This document shows, in pieces, positions 29,533 to 38,892 of a stretch of DNA of 64,000 nt. Position 1 is the stretch's first letter. Each line of letters opens with the position of its first letter. The position numbers and the translations under genes are program-made. Under the pieces are notes generated by a model. That model worked only from the letters and a program-made list of their open reading frames with translations. It was not told where the DNA came from and ran no database searches. Origin of the DNA: an uncultured Gammaproteobacteria bacterium (GTDB lineage Bacteria > Patescibacteriota > Patescibacteriia > Magasanikbacterales > GWA2-37-8); contig CAZEDL010000002.1 in the NCBI GenBank assembly GCA_964510885.1, positions 64,707 through 128,706 on the forward strand. Direction: 5' to 3'.

Positions 29533-29799
29533 TTAATCTTTCCATTTCCACCAGTCTAATAATTCTGGATTATGCGTAGTATGCGAGGCATAATATACAG
29601 CACAATGAAAAACGTATAACAGACACCGATCCTGTACAACGCCAGCTAATCGGTTGGAATGTTGATATAATTTTTCCGGATCTTTACCTCTTAAACCTGC
29701 TACGGAACGAATGCCAATACTATATAGATCGTTGGCGATACTCTTCCCCACACCGGGAATAATTTTCAGTTCTTTAAGACAGGTATTTTTATCTTTCAT
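29533..29799 (-). CDS. helix-hairpin-helix small protein (Cdd1 'pathogenicity locus'-like)
   Basis: KELKIIPGVGKSIANDLYSIGIRSVAGL HhH motif. Start chosen at MKDKNTCL; the ORF track's extension to 29901 would overlap ogt. Confidence 0.5.
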   Translation of the reverse strand: MKDKNTCLKELKIIPGVGKSIANDLYSIGIRSVAGLRGKDPEKLYQHSNRLAGVVQDRCLLYVFHCAVYYASHTTHNPELLDWWKWKD

Positions 29800-29878
29800 A
29801 CTTAATGAACGGTAAAATACGTGATAGTTTCTTCCAAACGAGCCAGCACGTGACGGTTGAAAGGCGACAACTTCTTTA

Positions 29879-30214
29879 CTAAGAGGAGGCGCTTGCCTCA
29901 CTATGCACCCCTTCCCATCCGATCAAGGCTCGTTTGCGGCTACTCCCCCATCGATATTGTCCAATTAGGCCCGTACTTTTAATCACGCGGTGACAGGGTA
30001 TAAGCACTGCCACTGGATTGTCCCCAATCGCGGTTCCAACCGCGCGTTGTGCTGCTGGTCGACTGACCGCGCCGGCTACCCGGGCGTAGGAACACAGCTG
30101 CCCTTCCGGAATAGTGAGCAGTGCTTCCCAGACTTTTAGTTGAAACGAGGTTCCTTTCAGGTGAAGTCTTATTTTATCTGTAGGAGCCAATTGAGTAGTT
30201 AAAAATTTTTGCAC
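29879..30214 (-). CDS. ogt: methylated-DNA-protein-cysteine methyltransferase, C-terminal catalytic domain
   Basis: PCHRVI active site with FQLKVWEAL...IPEG. A short out-of-frame ORF at 30244-30342 (MNHYTTVAKALEFIASESKRQPSFEYSGHKPI) looks like the missing N-terminal portion and may be frameshifted. Confidence 0.8.
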   Translation of the reverse strand: MQKFLTTQLAPTDKIRLHLKGTSFQLKVWEALLTIPEGQLCSYARVAGAVSRPAAQRAVGTAIGDNPVAVLIPCHRVIKSTGLIGQYRWGSSRKRALIGWEGVHSEASASS

Positions 30215-30461
30215 TTGCTGGTGACTATCCGTAATTCCAGCTACTAAATTGGCTTGTGGCCAGAGTACTCGAAGCTGGGCTGCCGCTTGGATTCACTGGC
30301 AATAAACTCGAGGGCTTTAGCGACGGTAGTATAGTGATTCATAGTGAATAGTTTAAGCCCCCTACTCTTTACTAATCGCATTCAACTGGAAAACCGAATC
30401 TTACTGATTTTTTAATCAGACTGTCTAGCCTACTTAAAAAAAATAAAATTTATAACTCCGA

Positions 30462-30890
30462 CTATTTTTTTCTACTATCTTTAGCCTGTGCTACCAAACT
30501 ACCAAGAGCTAACTGATCAGTATCGTGGGCTACATATCCTTGATATATTTTATCAAGTAATTCGGCGGCCAACCATCGGTCACCCAGATTACTGTCGGGG
30601 GCAGCTGAGGGTAGCGGCCCATCTCCGTGTATTAACCGCATGCTATTGGCATAATGCAACTCTGCTTTTATGGTTGCTATCCGGCCCGAGAGTAAATCTG
30701 GCATAGTTACTTCAAGCAGATTTAATGCATTAGTCAAGAATTGAAATAATTCTTGATCGCTATAACCAGTCTTATAATCTCTTTGCTGACGCATTACAGT
30801 ATATATTTTTTTTAAGACTGCTTCTGATATTTCTCCGGTTGGCTCTCCTATACCCTTGAATTCACCACTTTTCATATTACACTTTGGCAA
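30462..30890 (-). CDS. hypothetical protein
   Basis: 142-aa ORF in an AT-rich stretch with no motif recognised. Confidence 0.45.
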   Translation of the reverse strand: MPKCNMKSGEFKGIGEPTGEISEAVLKKIYTVMRQQRDYKTGYSDQELFQFLTNALNLLEVTMPDLLSGRIATIKAELHYANSMRLIHGDGPLPSAAPDSNLGDRWLAAELLDKIYQGYVAHDTDQLALGSLVAQAKDSRKK

Positions 30891-31187
30891 CTAATTATTT
30901 TGTTAATTAACTTTTACCACTTTACCATAGATTTTATGACTTGGTCTAGCCAGCAAATTATTAAAACAGATTATAATTTTACAGTTAAAAAGGAGAATCA
31001 ATATTTTATTTGATACTTATCAATTCGGTTAATGGTGTAGAATACAAAAACAACCTTCGGCAGAAAGTTGTTTTTGGGAGATGCGGACTTATGCTAAGGT
31101 TATTGTTAAGATGTAGTCCGCCGCACATCCCTTCTTAGCTATTTGATTCGGCCCTGTAACCTGTAAAGTCTAAAGGCAGAACGAGGG

Positions 31188-31805
31188 TTAGACCAAGTCA
31201 GGCGCCGCCTCTCTAAGAGCAGTTTGCATCTCGGCAACTAGCCTAGCTCTTAAGCGGCTGACCCATGACTTGCTTAGCCCTAACACCATCGCAGCCTGCG
31301 TACTATCTTTCCCTTCCATAAATAATAGTGCATAGAGCCGGGGAAGGGGAGGCTCGAGCTTAGCCACCGCCACCTGAATTATCTGGAGTAGTTCTTGCTG
31401 CCCTGCGGACACTTCAGGGCTAGCCGTATATGGATCAGGTACATGAGCCGCTTGTTCGAACGGAACTCGAACCGGCTTCTGGTCGGGTCTCAGGCCTTGA
31501 TTCACCAGGGCCCGCTCGCCTCGGGATAGGGTGTCATACTGGCGGAGGTCATCGAGTATCTCACCCGTAACCCGATAATAGGCATACGTATTAAACTTGT
31601 TTCCTCTTTCAGGATCGAATCGTTGACCCGCCTGAATTAAGCCCAGCAAACCATCCTGGATCAGGTCATCCCTCTCAACAGAGAGGGGGAATTGTCTGAT
31701 ATTGGCATTGACGATGACACGCAACATCCTTAACGCTTCTTCCCATTCTCTTTCGTCTACATTACCAGGTGGCGTAAGCCTTCTCAGGTCAATTTTTTTC
31801 TTCAT
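31188..31805 (-). CDS. sigma-70 family factor (group 3 / FliA-SigF-like), GC-rich gene
   Basis: Region 2 (DLIQDGLLGLIQAGQRFDPERGNKFNTYAYYRV) and region 4 HTH (LSKSWVSRL). The ATG at 31805 is preceded by GAGGGG; a GTG start at 31841 is an alternative. Confidence 0.75.
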   Translation of the reverse strand: MKKKIDLRRLTPPGNVDEREWEEALRMLRVIVNANIRQFPLSVERDDLIQDGLLGLIQAGQRFDPERGNKFNTYAYYRVTGEILDDLRQYDTLSRGERALVNQGLRPDQKPVRVPFEQAAHVPDPYTASPEVSAGQQELLQIIQVAVAKLEPPLPRLYALLFMEGKDSTQAAMVLGLSKSWVSRLRARLVAEMQTALREAAPDLV

Positions 31806-31961
31806 GTTCCCCTCACGACTTTCGTTAAAGAGCTCTTCCACTCATGATAAAGCACTTATCCTAACTATCAAAAAATTAACCTTATGTCCAGTCTAATTCA
31901 TTTTTGTTAAAAATTATTTATTCATATATCTCAAGCCGAGATCTACGGCGACATTTATTTG

Positions 31962-32414
31962 ATGAGTATCGACGCCTCCACCGTGCGGTGGCGACTGGAC
32001 CCTGGTGGCCATTTCCCGATCGGCGGGACCTGCACCTGGATGCTGAGCGGCGTGAAGCGGTCGGGCGGGAGGGTGCTTGACCCGATCGTGCTGACCTTCA
32101 CGGTACGTGGATTCACCCCGCAAGAGCTGTGCCTTGAGGTCCCGCTTGGCGTGCTCAAGCTGCCTGACGGGAAGACCCCAGGCCAGTTCCACTGCCTGAA
32201 CTACACCCTGCCCGTGACGAGATGTATCTGCTCGAGACCCGGGTGGTCGGCACCATCTGCTACGTCATCGCGACGCTGCCCAGCGCGACTGATCCCGAGT
32301 TCCGATATGCGGTCAACCAGACCATCTCGAACGAGTGGAGGGGCTGGGGGTACTTCTATCAGATATCCCTCCAAGCGTCAGATGAGGACAAGTGGAGGTC
32401 AGAGGCCGGCGTGA
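31962..32414 (+). CDS. hypothetical small protein divergent from the sigma factor (possibly frameshifted; alternate frame continues to 32428)
   Basis: GC-rich ORF MSIDASTVRW...; the last ~50 codons look like out-of-frame Gly/Arg-rich read-through. A second frame (32222-32428) gives a more protein-like C-terminus (...RYAVNQTISNEWRGWGYFYQ...). Confidence 0.35.
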   Translation: MSIDASTVRWRLDPGGHFPIGGTCTWMLSGVKRSGGRVLDPIVLTFTVRGFTPQELCLEVPLGVLKLPDGKTPGQFHCLNYTLPVTRCICSRPGWSAPSATSSRRCPARLIPSSDMRSTRPSRTSGGAGGTSIRYPSKRQMRTSGGQRPA

Positions 32415-32509
32415 CCGAGTGCCACTGACGTAGCCATCCCTCCAGCCAGGTCCCTCCCTTTTTACTACTCTCGTCTATCCGATTTAATTTTTCGACAGGC
32501 GCCATGAAC

Positions 32510-32575
32510 AAAAAATCGGCCCTCTCATCCCCCTGCTTCTAAATTTTAGAAGCAGGGGTAGGAGCCGATTTTTTG
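32510..32575. terminator. large bidirectional hairpin terminator
   Basis: aaaaaatcggc...cccctgcttctaaattttagaagcagggg...gccgatttttt, between convergent genes. Confidence 0.65.
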
Positions 32576-32707
32576 TTTTATAATTTTTACTCACGGTTTA
32601 TGCCTGCAAATATTTTTTTTTAAAACGAGCAGCTCGGCATAGCCGTTTACCGGAATGGTGCTGCTAATAGATCCTCAAATAATTTATTTTCCGCCCCATT
32701 CGCCGAC

Positions 32708-33082
32708 CTATTCTTCACCCACTGGTTTTTCAGTTTCGCTGACTCGTTTTTCTAGCCGAATCCCCAGTGGCCGGGGACAGATCACTGCACAACGATTCTG
32801 CAAACAGAGCGATGTATATGGACAGCTGGAGCGGATAAGATAGTTTGTGGGTGTAGTGCAGTCACTATGTTGTACACAGGTGGCAGTAGTAACTTCAGCA
32901 ACGTCATACTCATCGCGCGAATAGCCGATGGGCACAGCGGGCGGCTCTTCGTTATTCGCTCGGTAGACTGGGGCGTGATCTGTTTGGCTGGGGCTAACAG
33001 CTTTTTCCGGCAGCACTTTATATCCTACCCCGACTGATACCATTAGGATAGCGGCAATGAGAAAATATTTTTTATATGTCAT
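32708..33082 (-). CDS. small Cys-rich secreted protein
   Basis: N-terminal TM/signal region and 7 Cys in the last 45 residues. Confidence 0.5.
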   Translation of the reverse strand: MTYKKYFLIAAILMVSVGVGYKVLPEKAVSPSQTDHAPVYRANNEEPPAVPIGYSRDEYDVAEVTTATCVQHSDCTTPTNYLIRSSCPYTSLCLQNRCAVICPRPLGIRLEKRVSETEKPVGEE

Positions 33083-33131
33083 AGCAAAAATTAGTTTCTT
33101 TTTACCTTGTAACGAGCCCCGTTAGCCCCGC

Positions 33132-33878
33132 TTAGATAGCCAAAAACCAGAAGAATGGTTTTACTATGGAGGCGAATAACCGAAACACATAGAGTACGAA
33201 TGGTTTCGAGTTGTTGGATAGGCTGGGAAACTTTGGAACCCCGTTGTCACCAGGTGAATCTGGCGTGACAGAAGATATAGCAACTGTTGCTGGTAAAAAC
33301 TTCTGGGAAGGATTCGGCTGCGGCGCGACCAGCTGTGCCAAGGCATGGTAAGACACGGAGCCAGAATTTATAAACTTGAGCCCGGTCAAGAATTTTGGTA
33401 AAGGACTATTCGTTACCGGCACGCGCAGCGAGGGACTACTGCGGCCTTCGGGAGCAGCAGTATACGATGGTAGCGGAAAATAACCGCCGGCTTCGCCCAG
33501 AACAGACGACGTTGATGCTGCCTGACCGACGGTGGGGTCGCCCGGGCAATAAAACTTGCCAGCGGTGGTAGACATGGTACACCCCGAGAGGCTTGATCCG
33601 TTGCTAAAATTCTGTCCGCCACCAGACCCTCCGGTTGTTTGACTTAACGGTAAAAAAATTATAGCGGCGGCGGTTCCAGCACTTGTATAGCCGTTTCCAG
33701 ATACAATCTGAGCCGATGGGTTGCCACCGGCTTCAGCACTGAAACCATTGCCGGACACCACGCCGCCTACTGCATTCACCTGCCCGTCGATAGTATAGCC
33801 ACCGCCAGTCTGTGCAGCCAAAACAGTAGCCGGAAACATGGCGAGAGTGAAAGCAAAAATAAAGAAAAACTTAGTCAC
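33132..33878 (-). CDS. secreted Gly/Ser-rich protein
   Basis: Signal peptide MTKFFFIFAFTLAMFPATVLAAQ followed by a low-complexity G/S/T-rich body. Confidence 0.5.
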   Translation of the reverse strand: MTKFFFIFAFTLAMFPATVLAAQTGGGYTIDGQVNAVGGVVSGNGFSAEAGGNPSAQIVSGNGYTSAGTAAAIIFLPLSQTTGGSGGGQNFSNGSSLSGCTMSTTAGKFYCPGDPTVGQAASTSSVLGEAGGYFPLPSYTAAPEGRSSPSLRVPVTNSPLPKFLTGLKFINSGSVSYHALAQLVAPQPNPSQKFLPATVAISSVTPDSPGDNGVPKFPSLSNNSKPFVLYVFRLFASIVKPFFWFLAI

Positions 33879-33879
33879 A

Positions 33880-34281
33880 TTATTTTTTTAGAGGCAATAC
33901 ACCGGAATTCAGCTCAAACGGACCCGAATTAACAATGATGTGTCGAGAGGAACTATAGATAACGGCTTTTTTGGCAATCGGAAAGATGATCAATATATCG
34001 CCAGTCTTGGCTCCGCGGTAGAATGACTGCTCATGCGTGAGGGTAGCGGCGTCAGAAATAGTAGCAATAATCGGGCGCTCGTTTGGAATGAGCATTAAGC
34101 GGCCCACTGCTTCGATCACTCGGGCCCGATCATCAGAACCAAAATTTGTCGCTGTACTTACGCGCGTGAAATGCATGGCACCAAGCAGCAATAACACAAC
34201 AAGCAAAATTCCGGCGCCGATTGAAATAGGGCTCAGGTGAAATTTTAATCGAGTGATGGCGCTAGCTAAGCGGTGCGACAT
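33880..34281 (-). CDS. single-TM hypothetical protein
   Basis: 133-aa ORF with an N-terminal TM helix, tightly spaced with its neighbours. Confidence 0.45.
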   Translation of the reverse strand: MSHRLASAITRLKFHLSPISIGAGILLVVLLLLGAMHFTRVSTATNFGSDDRARVIEAVGRLMLIPNERPIIATISDAATLTHEQSFYRGAKTGDILIIFPIAKKAVIYSSSRHIIVNSGPFELNSGVLPLKK

Positions 34282-34284
34282 ACA

Positions 34285-34764
34285 TTATCGTTTGGTAGCA
34301 GTTGGGGTGACAGCGGGCAGGCGCACCCGGGGTTTAACAGGCGCAGTTACCGGTGCTGGCGCTGGAACTTTTGGTTCGTCACGATTCACTGCCGCTACTG
34401 CCATAATTTTTTTAGTGCGCGGCCGATAGAGAATAGCTTGAGTTTCAAAAATTATTATATAATCGCCGGCTGCAGCTTTGGCAAAAAATAGCTGGTCTTT
34501 TGGCAGTTTTTCAACTTCAGATACCACGGCAATCTGCGGAACGCCGGCCGGCAATTCTATAATTTTTCCTACATCATGGAGCACCTTGGCAGTTACTTCT
34601 TCGGCTAATTTTTCTTGATAGGCCGGATTTTTAAACTGGTACAGCCGATAGCTTGAGTAAACGGCGATTGTGGTAACTGCAGCCCCGCCTATAATTAAAG
34701 CGGTCACCAGAATAGTTTGCCACTTTTTTTTAGGCTGAAGTGGAGCCAGGTTTGCTTCCTCCAT
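34285..34764 (-). CDS. single-TM hypothetical protein with Pro/Ala-rich tail
   Basis: N-terminal TM helix and a C-terminal PAPAPVTAPVKP tail. Confidence 0.45.
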   Translation of the reverse strand: MEEANLAPLQPKKKWQTILVTALIIGGAAVTTIAVYSSYRLYQFKNPAYQEKLAEEVTAKVLHDVGKIIELPAGVPQIAVVSEVEKLPKDQLFFAKAAAGDYIIIFETQAILYRPRTKKIMAVAAVNRDEPKVPAPAPVTAPVKPRVRLPAVTPTATKR

Positions 34765-34791
34765 AAGATACGAGTTAGCTAGAGTCTATGA

Positions 34792-37700
34792 CTAAGGTGT
34801 AGACGTGACAACCAGTTCTTCTAACGGCTGAGACGTTAGTTCGAGAGGGGCAGGTTCGTCGGTCTCTTTTTCCGGAGATGACTCCCCTGTTAATGGAGCT
34901 GGTTCAATGAGTGGTGGTGTGAGTGGCGTGGCTGGAACAGCAGCAGGATCTACTATTGCCGCCGGTGGAACCAAACGATTCGATTCTGCCTGAAGTAACT
35001 GCTCTAATTTGTCACCAGTAATACAGACTTCACCGCCAGCTGATTTTTTGAGGCACAACTGATCAGCATGAATTTTTTTGGCAAACAGCTCCGTGAAGTA
35101 TCCCCGCACGGCCGAGATCCGAGCCGCTACGAAATCAGTGAGGACTTTGTGGCCAGCGCTCATTTTTTTACTGATAATTACAATTGGGTCGCTCGCTACT
35201 TCAGACTGAATAGTGGAGATGAGGCTCGCGATACCAGTGTCGGAAGTCGGCGTAATATCCCCGAGCAGTACTTGCTGGTCTTGAATAGATTGCACAAGGA
35301 GCGGGGTGAGGCGACCATAATCAACTGCCCACGGATCAGTTTCAGCATCTACGCCGCCCACCGAAACGACTTGCGGAAAAATATCATACAATTCTTGGGC
35401 AATAAAGCCTTGCTGCACTTTACCAGGGGCGGAAATAAAATTAAAATCACGGACTTTTATTTTAAGTAACGTGTCGAGCCCGTGCGCGGTGGCGGTTACA
35501 TTTTCCTTGCGCCTGGCATCTGAAGTGGTAGGGCACGTAACACCCCCGGCATTGTCGCCTTGACACTGCCCAAGCAGCGTGCCGTCACCATCGATAAAAC
35601 GAATAAAATGATTGGTCGTATTAGGATTAGCGTTTGGCCCAAGCTGGATACCAATCCCATCGGCATCGACCGTATTATTGGTATTGCGAAAAGTAAAACC
35701 GGTAGAGGCAATGCCAGTGGTGAAATTCTGAATACCGGTGCCGGCGTTAAAATTGAGGGCTGTGGCACCAGTCGTGTTACCAATAGTGACGGTATTAGCA
35801 ACACTGCCGGTACCGATGTTAATGATTTTACTACCAGTGCCACCAGTTCCGAAATTGAGTGTTTGCGCACCGGTGCCGGTGCCAATGCTGATTGCGCCGG
35901 TTTGGGCGCCGGTGCCACCGATATTAATGACACCGGTAGTCATGGAGTTGCCGATCAAAATAGAACCGGCGTTTTGAGTATTACCAAGACCAACAGAGTT
36001 GGCCGCAGTACCGCCAATGGTAATAGTTTGCACTGCGGCTGATGTACCGATATTTATGGCCCGGGACACGGCATTGGTGCCAATATTGATTGCACCGGTT
36101 CCCGCGATTAAACTAAGCGAGGTGGCCCCGGTACCATTACCGATGGTGATAGTTTTTGCACTGAAAGCTGTACCAATATTGAGCGCACCAGTCGTACCAC
36201 TATCGAGAGACAGGGTGGTGGCATTGCCAGAGCGCAGTGTGAGCGCACCACCACCGGTAATAGTAGCATTGGCGGCGCCGAACCCAATCGTGGTGGCAGC
36301 CCCACCAATATTAAGAGTGGTGGCAGCCGTATTAAAAAGCGCAGCCGTGTTGTTAGTAGTGCTCAGCGTGCCGCCATTGAGGCTCAGAGCGCCAGATATC
36401 GTAATATTGCTACCATTATTTTGCAGCGCTGCAGAACGCACCCAATCGGTGCCATCGAAATACATCGTATCATTCGCAACTTCTCCACTCAAAGAAATTT
36501 TGGCACCACTGATTGCATTATTGATGATATCTGTGCCGGCAATCGTATCGGTTAGATTTAGTTTACTATAGGCGATATCTGCACCATCAGCAATGTCATC
36601 ATTAACGATACTGTTGTTAACAATTTTACTCGAATCAACGGAATCGGTAGCTAATTTGGCGAGCGTGACATTAGCATTAAGAATTTTACTAGTGGTCACA
36701 GCATCATTAGCAAGCTTGGCAGTGGTGACAGCCAGGTCATTTAGTTTTTCTGTTACAACGGCGAGATCGGCTAGCTTGCCCGCAGTCACTCCAAGGTCAG
36801 CCAATTTCGCTGTGGTAATGGCTGCGTCCAAAACTTTTACGGTCGTAACTGCATCAGCGGCCAGCTTACCCGCGGTCACCGCTAGATCATTAATTTTGGC
36901 AGTCGTGACAGTTAAATCAGCGAGTTTGGCTGTTTCGACTGCGCCATCGGCCAATTTGGCAGCGGTAACGGCAGCCGCTTGTAGCTTGGCGGTTGAAACA
37001 CTGACATTAGCCAGCTTGCTCGTATCTACCGAGGCATTTACCAGCTTACTCGTGTCTACAGAATCTGTGGCCAGCTTATCAAGCGTTACCGCAAGGTCGG
37101 CCAGCTTGCCAGTCGTGACTGCAAGATCATTAATTTTGGCGGTGGTAATAGCATTATTTATCAGCTGATTAGTTGCCACCGTATTAGCTGCTATTTTGAG
37201 GGTCGTAACTGCACCATCGGCTAATTTGCTTTCAGTAATGGCTGCATCTTGGAGATTGCTGGTGTCGATTGACTGCGCGGTAAGTGTAGCTAGCCCCCCG
37301 GCGGTAACCGTGAGATCACCGGATACTGTTTGTCCGGTGGGAACATTACTCCCATTCCCAATAAAAATTTGCCCAGTTGGGAGAGTGGCCGCTTGTTTAT
37401 TGTTGAAGGCAGTCCAGTCAGCGGCCGAGAGAAAACCATCGGTCGTGGCTCCGGCTTCGGCCAATCCTAATACTCCGGATGCGCTGTCGTAAGAGAGTGG
37501 TGCACCAGATACCGAGAGGGCGCTACGGGCGCGGGCCGTCGAAAAATATTGGTTAACTGCACCTTCGGTAAGATCATCGGTAGTTTTAGTAGCAAGGCGG
37601 GCATCAAAACGAGCTGTGGTGTAATACAGATTATTACCTCCTTCCGACAAATCATCGGTTGTTTTGGTAGCAAAATCGGCAGCAAAGAGGCTGCTGGCAT

Positions 37701-38442
37701 AATATTTATTAGATGTACCTTCGGCTAAATCATTGCTGGTTTTAGCGTTAAAACGAGTGTCGAATAAGCTATCAAACAAAGCCATCACCCGGGCATCAGC
37801 CCGCGTGTCGGTAAAGTAGCGATTCGTAGCCCCTTCGCTCACCTGATCGGTGGTGTAATCGCCGCTCGTCGCTACCACAGCTCCAGTGCGGGTATTAAAT
37901 GAAGTCACGCCAGTCGGGGGTCCAGCTTGGAGTCCTTGCCAAGCAGCGCCGTCATACACATAAATAGTGTTGTCGTCGGTATCAAAATATAATTCTCCTG
38001 GGGTGGCCGTGGTTGGCGGAGCGGACTGAGCCACGAGGCCGTAGGATGTGTGGGCATAGGCCACCGCATTAATTGCGGTGCGCGGCGACATTTCACCGGT
38101 ACCAAGGGTAGTAATCTCTAAACTTAAAAAATACTGCCTATCAAATGGTAAGGCAGCAATTGATGTATAGGTTCCGCCGAGATGGGTGCCCGTGCCGATG
38201 GCAACTGAAAAATAGCCATTTGAGAGGCTGGTGCCCGGATGAGTTTCATCAAGTAGCAGTGTACCCCCGGCGGCGGCGTCGTAGATACGGGTACGAATAA
38301 TATGCGAACCAGACTGAGGAGATCCCGCAGAATTAGTCACGTAGCCATCGTAACCAATAGTTTGTGGAGCGGCCAATGCTAAGGCTGGCGCCAAAATGGT
38401 TGCTCCTACAAATATACTGAGTAAGAATCGTGAAAAAGCCAT
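34792..38442 (-). CDS. giant secreted repeat protein with C-terminal tail-fibre intramolecular chaperone (peptidase S74) domain
   Basis: Signal peptide and about 25 tandem 11-residue repeats (…AVTTAKLADLAVT…). The S74 signature is SDARRKENV...GFIAQELYDIFPQVV, followed by a further ~200 aa. Confidence 0.8.
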   Translation of the reverse strand: MAFSRFLLSIFVGATILAPALALAAPQTIGYDGYVTNSAGSPQSGSHIIRTRIYDAAAGGTLLLDETHPGTSLSNGYFSVAIGTGTHLGGTYTSIAALPFDRQYFLSLEITTLGTGEMSPRTAINAVAYAHTSYGLVAQSAPPTTATPGELYFDTDDNTIYVYDGAAWQGLQAGPPTGVTSFNTRTGAVVATSGDYTTDQVSEGATNRYFTDTRADARVMALFDSLFDTRFNAKTSNDLAEGTSNKYYASSLFAADFATKTTDDLSEGGNNLYYTTARFDARLATKTTDDLTEGAVNQYFSTARARSALSVSGAPLSYDSASGVLGLAEAGATTDGFLSAADWTAFNNKQAATLPTGQIFIGNGSNVPTGQTVSGDLTVTAGGLATLTAQSIDTSNLQDAAITESKLADGAVTTLKIAANTVATNQLINNAITTAKINDLAVTTGKLADLAVTLDKLATDSVDTSKLVNASVDTSKLANVSVSTAKLQAAAVTAAKLADGAVETAKLADLTVTTAKINDLAVTAGKLAADAVTTVKVLDAAITTAKLADLGVTAGKLADLAVVTEKLNDLAVTTAKLANDAVTTSKILNANVTLAKLATDSVDSSKIVNNSIVNDDIADGADIAYSKLNLTDTIAGTDIINNAISGAKISLSGEVANDTMYFDGTDWVRSAALQNNGSNITISGALSLNGGTLSTTNNTAALFNTAATTLNIGGAATTIGFGAANATITGGGALTLRSGNATTLSLDSGTTGALNIGTAFSAKTITIGNGTGATSLSLIAGTGAINIGTNAVSRAINIGTSAAVQTITIGGTAANSVGLGNTQNAGSILIGNSMTTGVINIGGTGAQTGAISIGTGTGAQTLNFGTGGTGSKIINIGTGSVANTVTIGNTTGATALNFNAGTGIQNFTTGIASTGFTFRNTNNTVDADGIGIQLGPNANPNTTNHFIRFIDGDGTLLGQCQGDNAGGVTCPTTSDARRKENVTATAHGLDTLLKIKVRDFNFISAPGKVQQGFIAQELYDIFPQVVSVGGVDAETDPWAVDYGRLTPLLVQSIQDQQVLLGDITPTSDTGIASLISTIQSEVASDPIVIISKKMSAGHKVLTDFVAARISAVRGYFTELFAKKIHADQLCLKKSAGGEVCITGDKLEQLLQAESNRLVPPAAIVDPAAVPATPLTPPLIEPAPLTGESSPEKETDEPAPLELTSQPLEELVVTSTP

Positions 38443-38820
38443 GTTTACAAATCAAAGGGTGATAATCTTAAAGAATGGCTAACTTTAGTACAAAATTGGC
38501 AATATGTCAAACCTAATACACGTGGTATAGCAAAATTTTGGCTATATGTAAAGGAAAAAGATATTTAGCACCTCCTTCTTTTCTCGTTCGACTTTCTTTA
38601 TCCATAATAGAAATACTCCCTGATTGGGGAGTATTTCTAGTTAGAGCGGGTGAGGGGAACCCTTTCAGGGAATCGAACTCGCTTCGCTCCCATGGGAACC
38701 TTCGGGTTCCCATGCACCTTCCTCAACATGAGAAAACTCTCGTTTTCTCCCTTTCCAGGTTCGGCTCCTTCATCCAAACTACAAATACAAACCTCCCTTT
38801 TTGAGGGAGGTTTGTATTTG

Positions 38821-38892
38821 AGCGGGTGAGGGGAGTCGAACCCCTGTCACCAGTTTGGAAAACTGGGATAATAGCCGTTATATGACACCCGC
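38821..38892 (-). tRNA. tRNA-Gly (anticodon UCC)
   Basis: Reverse complement GCGGGTG...CCAGT-TTTCCAA-ACTGG...AGGGG-TTCGACT-CCCCT-CACCCGC-T with a cloverleaf, U73 discriminator and no encoded CCA. The D-stem is imperfect. Confidence 0.6.

Noticed and set aside
29533-29901. Full 122-aa extent of the HhH-protein ORF
   Set aside because: The first 34 codons would overlap the ogt 3' end and read as low-complexity sequence. An internal Met (MKDKNTCL) gives the typical ~90-aa HhH protein.
31914-32192. 92-aa minus-strand ORF in the sigma-factor island
   Set aside because: Its translation is Gly/Pro/Arg-rich and non-protein-like. The plus-strand frame with an ATG and more varied composition is preferred, though itself uncertain.
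35068-37492. Plus-strand ORFs (35068-35469, 35560-36042, 35999-36571, 36593-37168, 37196-37492)
   Set aside because: They are antisense to the 1216-aa repeat protein, and their periodic A/V/L/S-rich translations mirror the sense-strand repeats.
38640-38760. A second tRNA or SRP/tmRNA-like RNA next to tRNA-Gly
   Set aside because: No acceptable cloverleaf could be folded: the 7-nt T-loop is missing and there is no matching 5' acceptor strand. I could not match the segment to the SRP, RNase P, tmRNA or 6S consensus. It is treated as a partial tRNA 3'-end copy plus hairpins.
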